From positions 32,001 to 96,000 of the forward strand of contig CAWHCF010000010.1 in NCBI GenBank assembly GCA_963827655.1: DNA of 64,000 nt. The letters are read 5' to 3'. The stretch's first letter is position 1, and each line of letters starts with the position of its first letter. This DNA comes from an uncultured Acidobacteriota bacterium. GTDB taxonomy: Bacteria > Acidobacteriota > UBA6911. The translations under genes were made by a program, and so were the position numbers. Positions 17,569-28,634 of the stretch are shown in pieces. Below the pieces are notes generated by a model. It was not told the DNA's origin. It did no database searches and was given only the letters and a program-made list of their open reading frames with translations.

Positions 17569-20500
17569 ATGAAGATCCTTACCGGCACGCTATACGATCC
17601 GGCTTTCGAGCACGACGCCTGTGGTGTGGGCTTCGTGGCCGACGTCCAGGGACGGGCCGGGAAGGAGATCCTACCCCTGGCGCTGAGCGCGTTGGAGCGC
17701 ATGGCCCATCGCGGCGCCGTAGACGCGGATGGCAAAACGGGGGACGGGGCGGGTGTCACAACCCAAATCCCCTACGCCGTTCTGGAACCTCAGCTCGAGC
17801 GCATGGGCATGCAGCTGGCGAGCCCGAACGACCTGGCGGTTGGTTTGTTATTTCTCCCCACCGATCCCGATCGCTGCCGCAGCTGCAAGAAAATCGCGGC
17901 TGAGACCCTGGTGAGACAGGGACTGCGCTTCCTCGGTTGGCGAGCTGTGCCGATTGACGAAACCGTGCTGGGCGAGAAAGCTCGCCGGTCGCGGCCGGTC
18001 ATTTCCCACCTGCTGGTCGGCCGTCCTTTCGGTCTTTCGCACGACGAGTTCGAGCGGCGTCTTTTTCTCGCGCGCAAGGAGATGGAGGGTCGCCTAAAGT
18101 CGTTGAGCATCGACGAATTCTATGTGGCGTCTCTCAGTCACCGAACCCTGGTTTACAAGGCGCTGATTCGCGGCGTTGATCTGGCCCGGTTCTACTGCGA
18201 CCTCAAGCATCCGGAGTTTTCCACTTCGTTCTCGCTTTTCCACCAGCGCTACAGCACCAACACGTTCCCTTGCTGGGGCCTGACTCATCCGTTCAGGTTT
18301 CTCGCGCATAATGGCGAAATCAATACTATCCAGGGGAACCGGAACTGGATGAAAGCTCGGGAAGCCGAGCTGGAATCATCCCTGTTGCAGACCGGATCTT
18401 CCTGGCTCCGGCCTTTGATCCAGGAAGGGATGAGTGATTCCGCCAGCCTGGACAACGCCCTGGAACTACTGACCATGGCAGGGCGCGAGGCGAGCCACAG
18501 TATGGCCATGTTGATGCCTCCGGCCTGGGAGAACGACGTCGAGCTCGCTCCCGAAGTGCGCGCTTTCTTCGAGTACCACTCCTGTCTTACCGAACCCTGG
18601 GATGGTCCCGCGACCGTAGTTTTTACCGATGGGCGCGTGGTAGGCGCCGCGCTCGACCGCAATGGCCTGCGTCCCGCTCGCTACCTTGTCACCAAGGATG
18701 GGCTGGTTGTGGTTTCTTCCGAGGTTGGCGTGGTGGATGTGCCCGCGGAGCGGATCCTGAGGAAGGGTCGACTGGGACCCGGCGATATCGTAGCCGTCGA
18801 TCTGAAGTCGAAAAAATTCCTGGAGCGGCAGGAGATTCACAGCGGGCTGGCGGCACGCAATGACTATCGAGAGTGGCTCGAGGCCCGCCGGATGACCGGA
18901 ATGTCTCAAAAAAGCAGCCCGGTCCCTCTGTCATCTGATTGCGACATCAAGGTTCAAAAAGCTCTGGGATACACGCGCGAAGAGATGGAGCTCATCCTGG
19001 GGCCCATGTTCCGGGAAGGCCTGGAGCCGCTCGGGTCTATGGGAGATGATACTCCGCTCGCGGTCCTCTCTTCGAGGCCGCGTCTCCTCTTCTCTTATTT
19101 CAAGCAACGGTTTGCGCAGGTGACGAATCCACCGATTGACCCGATCCGCGAGGCTCTGGTCATGTCGCTCACCACCCACCTGGGACCGTGCCTCAATCTT
19201 GCGGCGGAAACACCCCAGCATGCAGCGCAGCTTCACCTGGCGAGCCCGCTGCTGCTCAACGAAGAGCTGCGCGACCTGGCCGTCTGGGAGATGGAAGGTT
19301 GGACCTCCCGAACCTTGAGTTTGCTCTTCCGCGCGGACGGAGGTTCGCGAGCTTTCAAGAAGGCGCTGGATAATCTCCTGCTTCAGGCCGCCCGAGCCGT
19401 GGAGGACGGCGCCGCGATATTGATACTCAGCGATCGAGGTATTGATCCCGGCCACGCGGCGATACCAATCCTCCTTGCCGTGTCTGCCGTGCACCACCAC
19501 TTGCTGCGCCAGGGACTCCGGCTCCGAACCAGCCTGGTCGCGGAAACGGGGGAGGCGCGCGACGACCATCAAGTATCCATGCTGTTCGGGTTCGGGGCCA
19601 GCGCCGTCAATCCTTATCTGGTTCTGGAAATGATTGCCGTCGCCGCGCGGGAGTCCGGCGGGTCCGAGCGTGAAGCCGATGAAGCCGTGGCACGCTACGT
19701 GAAATCCCTCAGCAAGGGCATCCTGAAGATCATGTCCAAGATGGGAATTTCGACGCTCCGCTCTTACCAGGGCGCCCAGCTTTTCGAGGCTCTCGGAGTC
19801 GGCACGGAACTTATCCAGGATCACTTCACCGGCACACCCTCGCAGATCGGAGGGGTGGGACTCGACGAAATCGCCCTCGAAGTTCTGGAGCGCCACACCC
19901 TGGCTTACGGACCCGAAGCGTTGTCCCAGCTCGAGGACGGCGGCTTCCATCGCTACCGCAAAGGGGGTGAAGTTCATGCGTTCGCCCCGCAGGTTATCAA
20001 GACTCTTCATGCGCTGGTGGCGAGCGGCGAACCGTTACGATATGAGGCCTACGCGGAACTGGTGCATCAACGAGACCCGATCGTACCCCGCGACTTGCTG
20101 GAATTTGTCAAAGGCGAACCGGTTCCCCTCGACGAAGTGGAACCGGTGGAAAAAATCTTTCCTCGTTTCATGACCGCGGCCATGTCACTCGGCGCGTTGA
20201 GTCCGGAGGCGCACGAAGTGCTGGCCATCGCGATGAACCGCATCGGAGGCCGGAGCAATTCCGGTGAAGGAGGAGAAGATCCGGCGCGATACTGGGAGGT
20301 CGGGAAAAACGGCGATTCTGCCAACAGCCGGATCAAGCAGGTTGCGTCCGCCCGATTCGGCGTCACTGCCGAATATGTAATGTCGGCGCACGAGCTGCAG
20401 ATCAAAATGGCTCAGGGATCGAAGCCGGGCGAGGGAGGGCAGTTGCCGGGACACAAAGTTGCCCCGCACATTGCGCGCCTCCGCCATTCTTCGCCGGGCA

Positions 20501-22110
20501 TCACCCTCATCTCGCCCCCGCCCCATCATGACATCTACAGTATCGAAGACCTGGCGCAGCTGATCTATGACCTGAAGCGCGTCAATCCAAGAGCCAAGGT
20601 CAATGTCAAGTTGGTCTCCGAGGTGGGCATCGGCACGATCGCCGCCGGCGTTGCCAAGGCATTCGCCGACGTGATTCTGATCAGCGGACATGACGGCGGG
20701 ACCGGAGCATCGCCCCGAGGATCCATCAAGCATGCCGGCACTCCATGGGAGCTCGGACTGGCGGAGACTCAGCAGGTACTGGTAATGAGCGGGCTGCGCG
20801 ACCGCGTGCGGCTTCAGGCGGACGGAGGGTTCAAGACCGGACGAGATGTCGTAATGGCGGCGCTGCTCGGCGCGGAGGAATACGGTTTCGGTTCGGCCGC
20901 GGTAGTGGCGGCCGGGTGCGTCATGGCCCGGCAATGTCACTTGAATACCTGTCCGGTCGGTATTGCCACCCAACGCGAGGATCTGCGCAAGAAATTCACC
21001 GGCACCCCGGAGATGGTCATCAGTTTCCTTGCCGCGGTGGCGAACGAAATCCGGCAGATTCTGGCCTTGCTTGGTTATCGCACTCTTGGCGAAATCATAG
21101 GACGGACGGAGCTTCTTTCGGTCCGCATGCCGCCGGCGAGATTCAAAGTTTCCACGGTCGAGCTCGATCGTGTCCTTGCGGGAGCGCGACTCAACGGACA
21201 GCCAAGGCAATGCCGGGTGACACGCAACGATCCACCCGTTGGGGAAGGCCATCTCGATGATCGCGTGCTCGAAGTCTTGCGCCTCGAAGAGGATGGTCCG
21301 GTCCCCCTGGAGATGGACCTGGAGATCAGGAATTCCGATCGCGCCGTGGGAGCGCGGATTGGCGGAAATCTGGCGTATCGCTACCGGGACCGAAAGCTGG
21401 CGCCCGGAACGGTGAAGTTGAATTACACGGGGACCGCCGGCCAGAGTTTCGGCGCATTCTGCGTCGACGGAATCCAGATGGTGCTGCGGGGTGAAGCGAA
21501 CGACTATGTCGGAAAGAGCATGTCGGGCGGAGAAATCATTGTCTCGCCCCCCGCCGCGCTCAACGATTCCAGCCACGATCACATCATCGCCGGGAACACG
21601 ATTCTTTACGGAGCCACCGGGGGGCGGCTTTTCCTGGGAGGGCGCGTAGGAGAAAGATTTGCGGTACGAAACAGCGGCGCCCTGGCGGTGGTGGAAGGTA
21701 CCGGCGATCACGCATGCGAGTATATGACCTCGGGTGTAGTAGCTATTCTAGGTGAAACCGGCCGGAATTTCGGGGCCGGAATGTCCGGTGGGGCTGCCTA
21801 CGTTTTTGACCCCGAGGGTATTTTTCAGCGTCGTTACAACCCCGAACTGATAACCCTCGAAGCCAACCTGCCCACGAAGGATCAGGAACTTCTCCGCCAG
21901 ATGATTGCCTGGCACTACAAAGGGACCGGCAGCGCCCGGGCGCGCGAGATCCTCGACCGCTGGGAAGAGTTGCTTCCTCTTTTCTGGATGGTCGTTCCGA
22001 AAGACGCCGCTCAGCTGAAGGCCCCTCGCTCACAACCTGCTTCGGCCCCCGTCCGGCGCGTCGTCCCCGTCCTGCGCACTGCTTCGGTGAGAGCCTCCGG
22101 CATCGCCTGA
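17569..22110 (+). CDS. gltB: Glutamate synthase large subunit
   Basis: HDACGVGF N-terminal nucleophile, HNGEINT, EPWDGPA, QGSKPGEGGQLPG, CVMARQCHLNTCPVG 3Fe-4S motif, GXGXG domain; 1513 aa. Confidence 0.98.
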   Translation: MKILTGTLYDPAFEHDACGVGFVADVQGRAGKEILPLALSALERMAHRGAVDADGKTGDGAGVTTQIPYAVLEPQLERMGMQLASPNDLAVGLLFLPTDPDRCRSCKKIAAETLVRQGLRFLGWRAVPIDETVLGEKARRSRPVISHLLVGRPFGLSHDEFERRLFLARKEMEGRLKSLSIDEFYVASLSHRTLVYKALIRGVDLARFYCDLKHPEFSTSFSLFHQRYSTNTFPCWGLTHPFRFLAHNGEINTIQGNRNWMKAREAELESSLLQTGSSWLRPLIQEGMSDSASLDNALELLTMAGREASHSMAMLMPPAWENDVELAPEVRAFFEYHSCLTEPWDGPATVVFTDGRVVGAALDRNGLRPARYLVTKDGLVVVSSEVGVVDVPAERILRKGRLGPGDIVAVDLKSKKFLERQEIHSGLAARNDYREWLEARRMTGMSQKSSPVPLSSDCDIKVQKALGYTREEMELILGPMFREGLEPLGSMGDDTPLAVLSSRPRLLFSYFKQRFAQVTNPPIDPIREALVMSLTTHLGPCLNLAAETPQHAAQLHLASPLLLNEELRDLAVWEMEGWTSRTLSLLFRADGGSRAFKKALDNLLLQAARAVEDGAAILILSDRGIDPGHAAIPILLAVSAVHHHLLRQGLRLRTSLVAETGEARDDHQVSMLFGFGASAVNPYLVLEMIAVAARESGGSEREADEAVARYVKSLSKGILKIMSKMGISTLRSYQGAQLFEALGVGTELIQDHFTGTPSQIGGVGLDEIALEVLERHTLAYGPEALSQLEDGGFHRYRKGGEVHAFAPQVIKTLHALVASGEPLRYEAYAELVHQRDPIVPRDLLEFVKGEPVPLDEVEPVEKIFPRFMTAAMSLGALSPEAHEVLAIAMNRIGGRSNSGEGGEDPARYWEVGKNGDSANSRIKQVASARFGVTAEYVMSAHELQIKMAQGSKPGEGGQLPGHKVAPHIARLRHSSPGITLISPPPHHDIYSIEDLAQLIYDLKRVNPRAKVNVKLVSEVGIGTIAAGVAKAFADVILISGHDGGTGASPRGSIKHAGTPWELGLAETQQVLVMSGLRDRVRLQADGGFKTGRDVVMAALLGAEEYGFGSAAVVAAGCVMARQCHLNTCPVGIATQREDLRKKFTGTPEMVISFLAAVANEIRQILALLGYRTLGEIIGRTELLSVRMPPARFKVSTVELDRVLAGARLNGQPRQCRVTRNDPPVGEGHLDDRVLEVLRLEEDGPVPLEMDLEIRNSDRAVGARIGGNLAYRYRDRKLAPGTVKLNYTGTAGQSFGAFCVDGIQMVLRGEANDYVGKSMSGGEIIVSPPAALNDSSHDHIIAGNTILYGATGGRLFLGGRVGERFAVRNSGALAVVEGTGDHACEYMTSGVVAILGETGRNFGAGMSGGAAYVFDPEGIFQRRYNPELITLEANLPTKDQELLRQMIAWHYKGTGSARAREILDRWEELLPLFWMVVPKDAAQLKAPRSQPASAPVRRVVPVLRTASVRASGIA

Positions 22111-22115
22111 AAAAA

Positions 22116-22151
22116 CACCACTAAGACACGAAGACCCAAAGAAACGCCAAG
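22116..22151 (+). repeat. Dispersed 9-bp-periodic repeat copy
   Basis: CACCACTAAGACACGAAGACCCAAAGAAACGCCAAG, 5 nt after the gltB stop. Confidence 0.8.
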
Positions 22152-22316
22152 CAATCACCCACGGCTTAAACGAAACAGCCCGGATTTGGGGGCGTAATAA
22201 TTGAGTGGTCGCTAGTGGAGGCGTCAGTAAAAAACCGTCGCTCGAAGAACTGGACTGTCGCTACGAGCCCTGCTATCCTCAGCGGATCGTAACCCTGACT
22301 CTAGTTTGACTTAGCT

Positions 22317-23555
22317 ATGAAGAAGCTCCTTTTCCTGATTATTGCCCTGGGCTGCGCCGGCCTTGTCGGCTTTCGAGCTTACAACGCCTATAAGGCCAAG
22401 GCTGCTGGACCCGCGCCCGGAAGCGTCAGGGAGACAAAGTCGTCCGGAAGAGGCGGCGGCGTTGCGCTGATACGGGTGCCGCTGGTCGATACGGCTATCG
22501 CTTCCGAGGGCAGTCTGGAAGATAAAGTGTCTCTTGTCGGAAGCCTCAGACCCATTGCCGAAGTCCAGGTAATGTCGAAGATTGCAGGAAGAGTCGAGAA
22601 GGTCCTGGTCGACGTCGGCGACTCCGTCCAGGCCGGGCAGCTTATGGCCCAGGTAGAAGACCGGGAAATCCAGCAACAGATTCAAGAGGCCGAGGCGTCG
22701 CTCTCGGTGGCCCGCGCGTCTATTCGAGGACGGGAAGCCGAGCTGGCGAACGTGATCCGGCAGGTCAAGCGCTTCCGCGAGCTTCACGAACAAAACTTGA
22801 TAGCGCGCCAGGATCTTGACGACCTGATCACACGACAGCAGTCCGCCGAAGCGCAGCTCGAGCTGGGAAAAGCTCAGGCGACGCAGGCCGAGGCCAACGT
22901 CAACCAGTTCAAGATCAATCTGGAAAACACGCGCAGTAATGCTCCGATGGATGGTTTCGTGGCAAAACGCAACATCCATCCCGGCGCGCTGGTCGCCATC
23001 AACACTCCCATCGTAAACCTCGTCGATCTGCGAACGCTTCGGATGGTGATTAACGTGGTCGAGCGGGACATTGTCCGGGTCAACAAGGGAGTGAGCGCAG
23101 AAGTTTCAGTGGACGCCTTTCCGGGCAGAACCTTCGCCGGAAAGGTTCTCCGGGTTTCCCCCGTGATGGATCCGGCCACGCGAACGGGCGAAGTGGAGAT
23201 TCACGTCTCTAATCCAGGCAACCTGCTCCGAGCCGAGATGTTCGCCCGGGTGACGCTGGATCTGGGCGGCAACCGAACAGGAATTCTGGTGCCGCGCGAA
23301 GCCCTGGTCTACAAAGGGGACCAGAGCGGCGTGTTCACGCTGGAGGGCTCGGTGGCCCGATTCCGTCCGGTCGAACCAGGCTTGACACAGCAAGCCTCGG
23401 TCGAGATCGTGCAGGGTCTGAAATTGGGAGAAAAAGTGGTCGCCATGGGAGCTTCACTCCTGAAGGATGGCGACCAGGTGCGTTTGAAAGGGGAAGGCCC
23501 GCCTCCAGGAAGAGGAGGGAGGTCAGGGGGACCCGGTCCGGCGTCAAAAATGTGA
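22317..23555 (+). CDS. RND efflux periplasmic adaptor (MFP)
   Basis: N-terminal anchor, lipoyl GRVEKVLVDVGDSVQAGQ, coiled coil, APMDG, DPATRT. Confidence 0.93.
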   Translation: MKKLLFLIIALGCAGLVGFRAYNAYKAKAAGPAPGSVRETKSSGRGGGVALIRVPLVDTAIASEGSLEDKVSLVGSLRPIAEVQVMSKIAGRVEKVLVDVGDSVQAGQLMAQVEDREIQQQIQEAEASLSVARASIRGREAELANVIRQVKRFRELHEQNLIARQDLDDLITRQQSAEAQLELGKAQATQAEANVNQFKINLENTRSNAPMDGFVAKRNIHPGALVAINTPIVNLVDLRTLRMVINVVERDIVRVNKGVSAEVSVDAFPGRTFAGKVLRVSPVMDPATRTGEVEIHVSNPGNLLRAEMFARVTLDLGGNRTGILVPREALVYKGDQSGVFTLEGSVARFRPVEPGLTQQASVEIVQGLKLGEKVVAMGASLLKDGDQVRLKGEGPPPGRGGRSGGPGPASKM

Positions 23556-23561
23556 CCTTTC

Positions 23562-23682
23562 CGATTGCGGATTTTATCGATTGCGGATTGCGGATTTCAG
23601 ATTGCGGATTATCACTATTGAAAATCCCGACTTCCAACTGAGGCTGTCTTCAATCCGAAATCCGCAATCTGCAATCCGAAAT
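23562..23682. repeat. Inverted (GATTGCG)n ... (AATCCGC)n heptamer arrays
   Basis: Arrays at 23562-23610 and 23651-23682 between the MFP and permease genes. Confidence 0.85.
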
Positions 23683-23686
23683 TGAC

Positions 23687-26600
23687 ATGAGCCTCTCCAG
23701 TTTTTCAATCGAGCGACCCATCACGACCTACATCATGGCAGCGGTGGCCGTGCTGCTAGGCGCAATCTCCTTCTATCGACTCCCCGTCGACCTGATGCCC
23801 GAAAGCGAGTATCCCACCATATCGGTGCGCACCGGGTATCCGGGAGTGGGTCCGGAAGAGATTGAGACGATCATCAGCCGCCCGATGGAGCGTACCCTGA
23901 CGTCAGCGCCCGGGGTCGACCGGATCACCTCGACCTCATCCGAAGGGTCGAGCAGCATCCGGGTTATGTTTACCTGGGGAACCAATCTGGACGAGGCGGC
24001 CAACGAGATCCGCGCCCGAATCGATCGAGTTCGGGGCACCCTCCCTCCCGAAGTCGAGCCACCGACGCTCTACAAGTTCGACGCATCGCAGTCTCCCATC
24101 ATGTTCCTGTCTCTCTCCGGTGACATGGATCCCCGGACGCTGCGGCAATTCGCCGAAGACGAGATTCAGTACCGGATTGAGCGGGTCCCCGGGGTCGCAG
24201 CCGTAGATGTCCGGGGCGGGTTGAAGCGCGAGATTCATGTCGATCTCATTCTGGAAAAGATCAAGGCGCTGGATCTGTCGCTGGCCCAGGTTGTCAGCGC
24301 CATTCGCGCCGAGAACATGAATCTGCCGGTCGGGCCGGTGAATGAGGGAAGGTACGAGCTCCTGATCCGGACCCAGGGAGAATTCGAGAACGTCGATCAG
24401 ATCCGCAACATGGTGGTGGCCGTGCGCAACGGCGTTCCGGTTTACGTGAAGGACGTCGCCTTCGTGGATGACTCCTGGGAGGAAGTGCGCAGCCTGGTTC
24501 GCATCGACGGCCGGCCGGGAATCCGCATGTCGGTGCGCAAGCAGTCGGGGTCCAACACCGTGGAAGTGGCGGACAATGTCAACAAGGAGCTGGAGCGCAT
24601 TAACCGGGAGCTTCCCGGAGTCAGTGTTATCGCGACCATGGACAGCGCCAAGTTCATCAAGAGCGCCATCGCCAACGTGCGCGAATCGGCGATCTATGGC
24701 TCGATCCTGGCCATCCTGATCCTCTTCATTTTTCTGCGCAATGTCGTCAGCACCCTGATCATCACTGTTTCTATTCCGATCACCATCATCGCCACCTTCG
24801 CCCTGCTTTACTACTATAACTTCACGCTCAACACGATGAGTTTCGGCGGCCTCGCTCTCGGGGTGGGGATGATCGTGGATAATGCCATCGTGCTGCTCGA
24901 GAACATCTTCCGTCATCGAGAGGCAGGAAAGGAGCGTAAGGAAGCGGCGCTTATCGGCACGCGCGAGGTGGCGATGGCTATTACCGCTTCGACTCTCACC
25001 TCCGTGGCCGTATTCGTGCCGCTGATTTTCTTGACCGGGATGTCGGGCATCATGTTCCGGCAGCTCTCCTATGTCGTGATCTTCTTCCAGGTTTTCTCTC
25101 TCTTCATGGGTCTGACCCTGGTTCCGGTCCTCTGCTCAAAGTATCTGCGGGTCCGGCCGGTATCCGAGGCGCGCCATCCCATGCTGAACCACATCGCATT
25201 GGCGGGGCAGCGGATTCTGGACAAGCTGGACGAGAAATACCAGGGCGGAATTCACTGGGCGCTCGATCACCGTAAGTCTGTGGTCCTGGTCTCGGTGGCG
25301 CTCATGGGCGCTACGCTCCTGCTGGTCCCGTTGATCGGGGTTGAGTTGATGCCGGAGACGGATGAAGGGGAAGTGCGGGTTCGTGTCGAGATGCCAACCG
25401 GGACGCGCATCGACGCCACGGACGAAATCTGCCGGCGCATCGAAACTATGGTGTTACGCGAAGTCCCCGAAGCGGAGCATATTCAGACGGAGATCGGCGG
25501 CAGCAGCTTCTTGGAGACGTCGTCTACCCATGTCGCTGATATCCGGCTGACCTTGAAGGACAGAAAAGAGCGCACGCGCTCGACCCAGGAAATTGCCGCG
25601 GCCATTCGCCAGAAACTGCCTCCCATGCCAGGGGTCCTGATTCGGACCCGAGCCGGCGGAAACCGAATGTTCCGCATGGGGAATGAGAGCGAAGATCGGC
25701 TCAGCGTCGAGGTGCGAGGCTTCGACATTCGGGAAGCGTCGGAGCTTGCTACCAGGTCAAGACGGTGATGGAGCGGACTCCCGGCGTGGTCGACGCCCAG
25801 ATCAGCCGCCGGGAAGGGATGCCCGAGATGCTGGTTCACGTCGATCGCGACAAAGCCTCCCTCATGGGGCTCTCGGTTGCGCAACTCGCCAATACGCTTC
25901 GCACGGCGGTCGGCGGGACGCGCGCCAGCGTGTTCCGCGAGGGTGGCGATGAATTCAATATTCAGGTTCGACTCCAGGAGCGGGATCGGAATGATCTCAA
26001 CCAGATCGCTCAGGTCCCCATTGCCGCGCCCGTAGGCCGCACTCTTCCGGTCAGCAGCGTTATCCAGACCGAGAGGGTCGAGGGACCGGTGAGCATCGAA
26101 CGCAGGGACCAGGAACGGATCATCACAGTCAGCGCCAACCTTTCCAACCGCGACATGGGGAGCGTCGCGAGCGACATCAATGACGGTTTTCAAAATCTGA
26201 AAATTCCCAATAATTTCTATCTGCTGTTCGGCGGAGAGCTGGAAGAGAAGGAGCGGGCGTTCCGCGAGCTCCTGTTCAGCCTTATTCTGGCCATCGCGCT
26301 CGTGTACGCCGTGATGGCCGCCCAGTTCGAATCATTCCGGGATCCTCTGATCATAATGTTCTCCATTCCGCTGGCTGGAATCGGCGTGGCGCTCGCCTTG
26401 TTCCTCACCAACACGGTCTTCAACATGCAAGCCTTCATTGGATTGATCATGCTGGCCGGCATTGTGGTGAACAATGCCATCGTCCTGATCGACTACACCA
26501 ACCTGCTGCGGCGCGAGTACGGTCACTCTCTGCGCGAGGCGATCGAGCTGGGGGGAAGGCGGAGGTTGCGGCCCATCCTCATGACCACCCTGACGGCCAT

Positions 26601-26769
26601 TCTCGGTCTGATTCCGATGGCTATGGGATTCGGCGAAGGCGGAGAAGTTCAATCCCCCATGGCTCGTGTCGTTATCGGCGGACTCACTACTTCCACTCTT
26701 ATCACCTTGATTTTCATTCCAGTGCTCTACTACATTGTCGAGCACCGGATGGAACGCAAAAAAGTGTGA
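23687..26769 (+). CDS. RND efflux permease (AcrB/SwrC-like; frameshift near 25753)
   Basis: LPVDLMP, GMIVDNAIVLLENI; second frame has GIVVNNAIVLID and RLRPILMTT. Confidence 0.93.
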
Positions 26770-26853
26770 CAGGCCTACCCTTTCACCCTTTTTTCTCTTC
26801 GATGACCGAAGTGCTCCGTTCGCGACCAAAAAGGTGAAAGGGTAGCCTGTCAC
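26766..26853. repeat. Long inverted repeat (REP/MITE-like hairpin)
   Basis: GTGACAGGCCTACCCTTTCACCCTTTTTT ... AAAAAGGTGAAAGGGTAGCCTGTCAC. Confidence 0.8.
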
Positions 26854-26866
26854 CGATTTCAAAATC

Positions 26867-28387
26867 ATGGCCACGCCTCTGATCCGGGAAGAACCCGGCC
26901 CGGCACCAATCCGCCATTTGAGATGGTACATATGCGGGTTGCTGTTCCTGGCCACCACGATCAATTACCTCGACCGGCAGACCATCGCCGTCCTGAAGCC
27001 CATTCTTCAGAATGAGCTTGGCTGGACCGAAGCCGGCTACGGTTGGATCAATTTTTCATTTCAGACCGCTTACGCGATCATGCTGGGCGTTTCGGGACGA
27101 CTCCTGGATCTTTTCGGAGTGCGCACCGGGTTCATCGTTGCGGTCATTGTCTGGAGCCTGGCTGCCATGGCGCACGCGCTCAGCCGGGGAACGCTGAGTT
27201 TCGCCCTGGCCCGTTTCGCCCTGGGTGTAGGGGAGGCGGCCAACTTTCCCGCATCGATCAAGGCTGTGGCAGAGTGGTTTCCCAAGAGAGAACGAGCCCT
27301 GGCCACCGGCATCTTCAATTCCGGAACCAACGTCGGAGTGATGCTATCCCCGCTGGTGGTCATGCTCGCAAGCATCTACAGCTGGCAGGCGGCCTTCATT
27401 TTGACCGGTCTTACCGGTTTTGTCTGGCTGGTTGGATGGATCTGGTCTTATCGTCCGCCTGAGGACCATCCCAGACTTTCAGCGAACGAACGGGCGCTGA
27501 TCGAGAGTGACAAGGAAATTCAGACAAGCGCGGCCAAGGTTCCCTGGATTTCACTCCTGCGCTATCGCCAGGCCTGGGCCTTCCTGCTGGGAAAAATGAT
27601 GACCGATCCGGTCTGGTGGTTCTACTTGTATTGGCTTCCCCCGTACTTGAATAAGGAGCGCGGGGTCTCTGCCCTGACCGGAGCCGTCATGTTGATTATC
27701 CCTTACATAGCTGCTGACATCGGCAGCGTCGGCGGAGGGTGGCTTTCCGGGTCATTCATCAATCGCGGCTGGACTGTGGGGCGCGCGCGGGTCATCACCC
27801 TCATGATTTTCGCGCTGTGCATGCCCGGCGCTATCTGGGCGGTTTTGACCGATAGTTTCTGGGTGGCGCTCTCGTTGATCAGCCTCGCAACGGCGGCTCA
27901 TCAGGGGTGGTCGGCCAACATGTTTACCACCGCTTCAGACATGTTTCCCAAGGCGATCGTGGGCTCGGTCGTCGGCCTCGGTGGAATGTGCGGCGCCATT
28001 GGCGGCATGTTCATGACCCTGGTCGCCGGGGGTATTCTGCAATGGTTCGGAACTTATGTTCCGCTGTTTATAGTGGCCGGCGTCATGCATCCCCTGGCTC
28101 TGCTCGTCATACTGTTCTTCGCAGGCTCAGATTTGAAGGAAGCCGACGTCAAAGAGGGAGCTCGAGGCGCCAGTCCGGTGCTCGTGACCGCAGGGGTCGG
28201 GGTGGCAGCGGTCGGCATTATCCTGGTGGCGCTGGTGTGGAGTAACTGGAGTTATATCGCCGAAGCCGCGAAGTCGGTCAGCACCGCCGCCGCCGGATTA
28301 GTCGCTTCCTCGGGAGTCGCAGTCCTGGGTCTGATACTGGTTTATGCCGGGCTGGGAAAAACCGGCACGGGCTCCAGATCTCTATGA
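26867..28387 (+). CDS. MFS transporter, ExuT/hexuronate-like (ACS family)
   Basis: INYLDRQ, GEAANFP, EWFPKRERALATGIFNSG, DPVWWFYLYWLP, AAHQGWSAN. Confidence 0.9.
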   Translation: MATPLIREEPGPAPIRHLRWYICGLLFLATTINYLDRQTIAVLKPILQNELGWTEAGYGWINFSFQTAYAIMLGVSGRLLDLFGVRTGFIVAVIVWSLAAMAHALSRGTLSFALARFALGVGEAANFPASIKAVAEWFPKRERALATGIFNSGTNVGVMLSPLVVMLASIYSWQAAFILTGLTGFVWLVGWIWSYRPPEDHPRLSANERALIESDKEIQTSAAKVPWISLLRYRQAWAFLLGKMMTDPVWWFYLYWLPPYLNKERGVSALTGAVMLIIPYIAADIGSVGGGWLSGSFINRGWTVGRARVITLMIFALCMPGAIWAVLTDSFWVALSLISLATAAHQGWSANMFTTASDMFPKAIVGSVVGLGGMCGAIGGMFMTLVAGGILQWFGTYVPLFIVAGVMHPLALLVILFFAGSDLKEADVKEGARGASPVLVTAGVGVAAVGIILVALVWSNWSYIAEAAKSVSTAAAGLVASSGVAVLGLILVYAGLGKTGTGSRSL

Positions 28388-28626
28388 CCACTGCTCTGTT
28401 TGTGAGTGAGATCAAGACCGCCGAAGGTAGATACCCGAGCCAGGTTGTGCTGCGCGAGGTAAAGTCCAGAACCTACGCAACTCACATCAAAGTCCTTCCT
28501 CCGGGCGAGGAACCGTACTACATATTAGGCCGCTACTTTTTCAGTTTCGATGAAGCTCAGGACGATTTCCACAAACGATCCCGAGAGCTGGAAGACCTTC
28601 AGAGCAGCAGCGAGAGCAAATCATAG
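28384..28626 (+). CDS. Small hypothetical protein
   Basis: ATGA overlap with the MFS gene; ends 8 nt before hemE. Confidence 0.6.
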   Translation: MTTALFVSEIKTAEGRYPSQVVLREVKSRTYATHIKVLPPGEEPYYILGRYFFSFDEAQDDFHKRSRELEDLQSSSESKS

Positions 28627-28634
28627 TTGACTCG

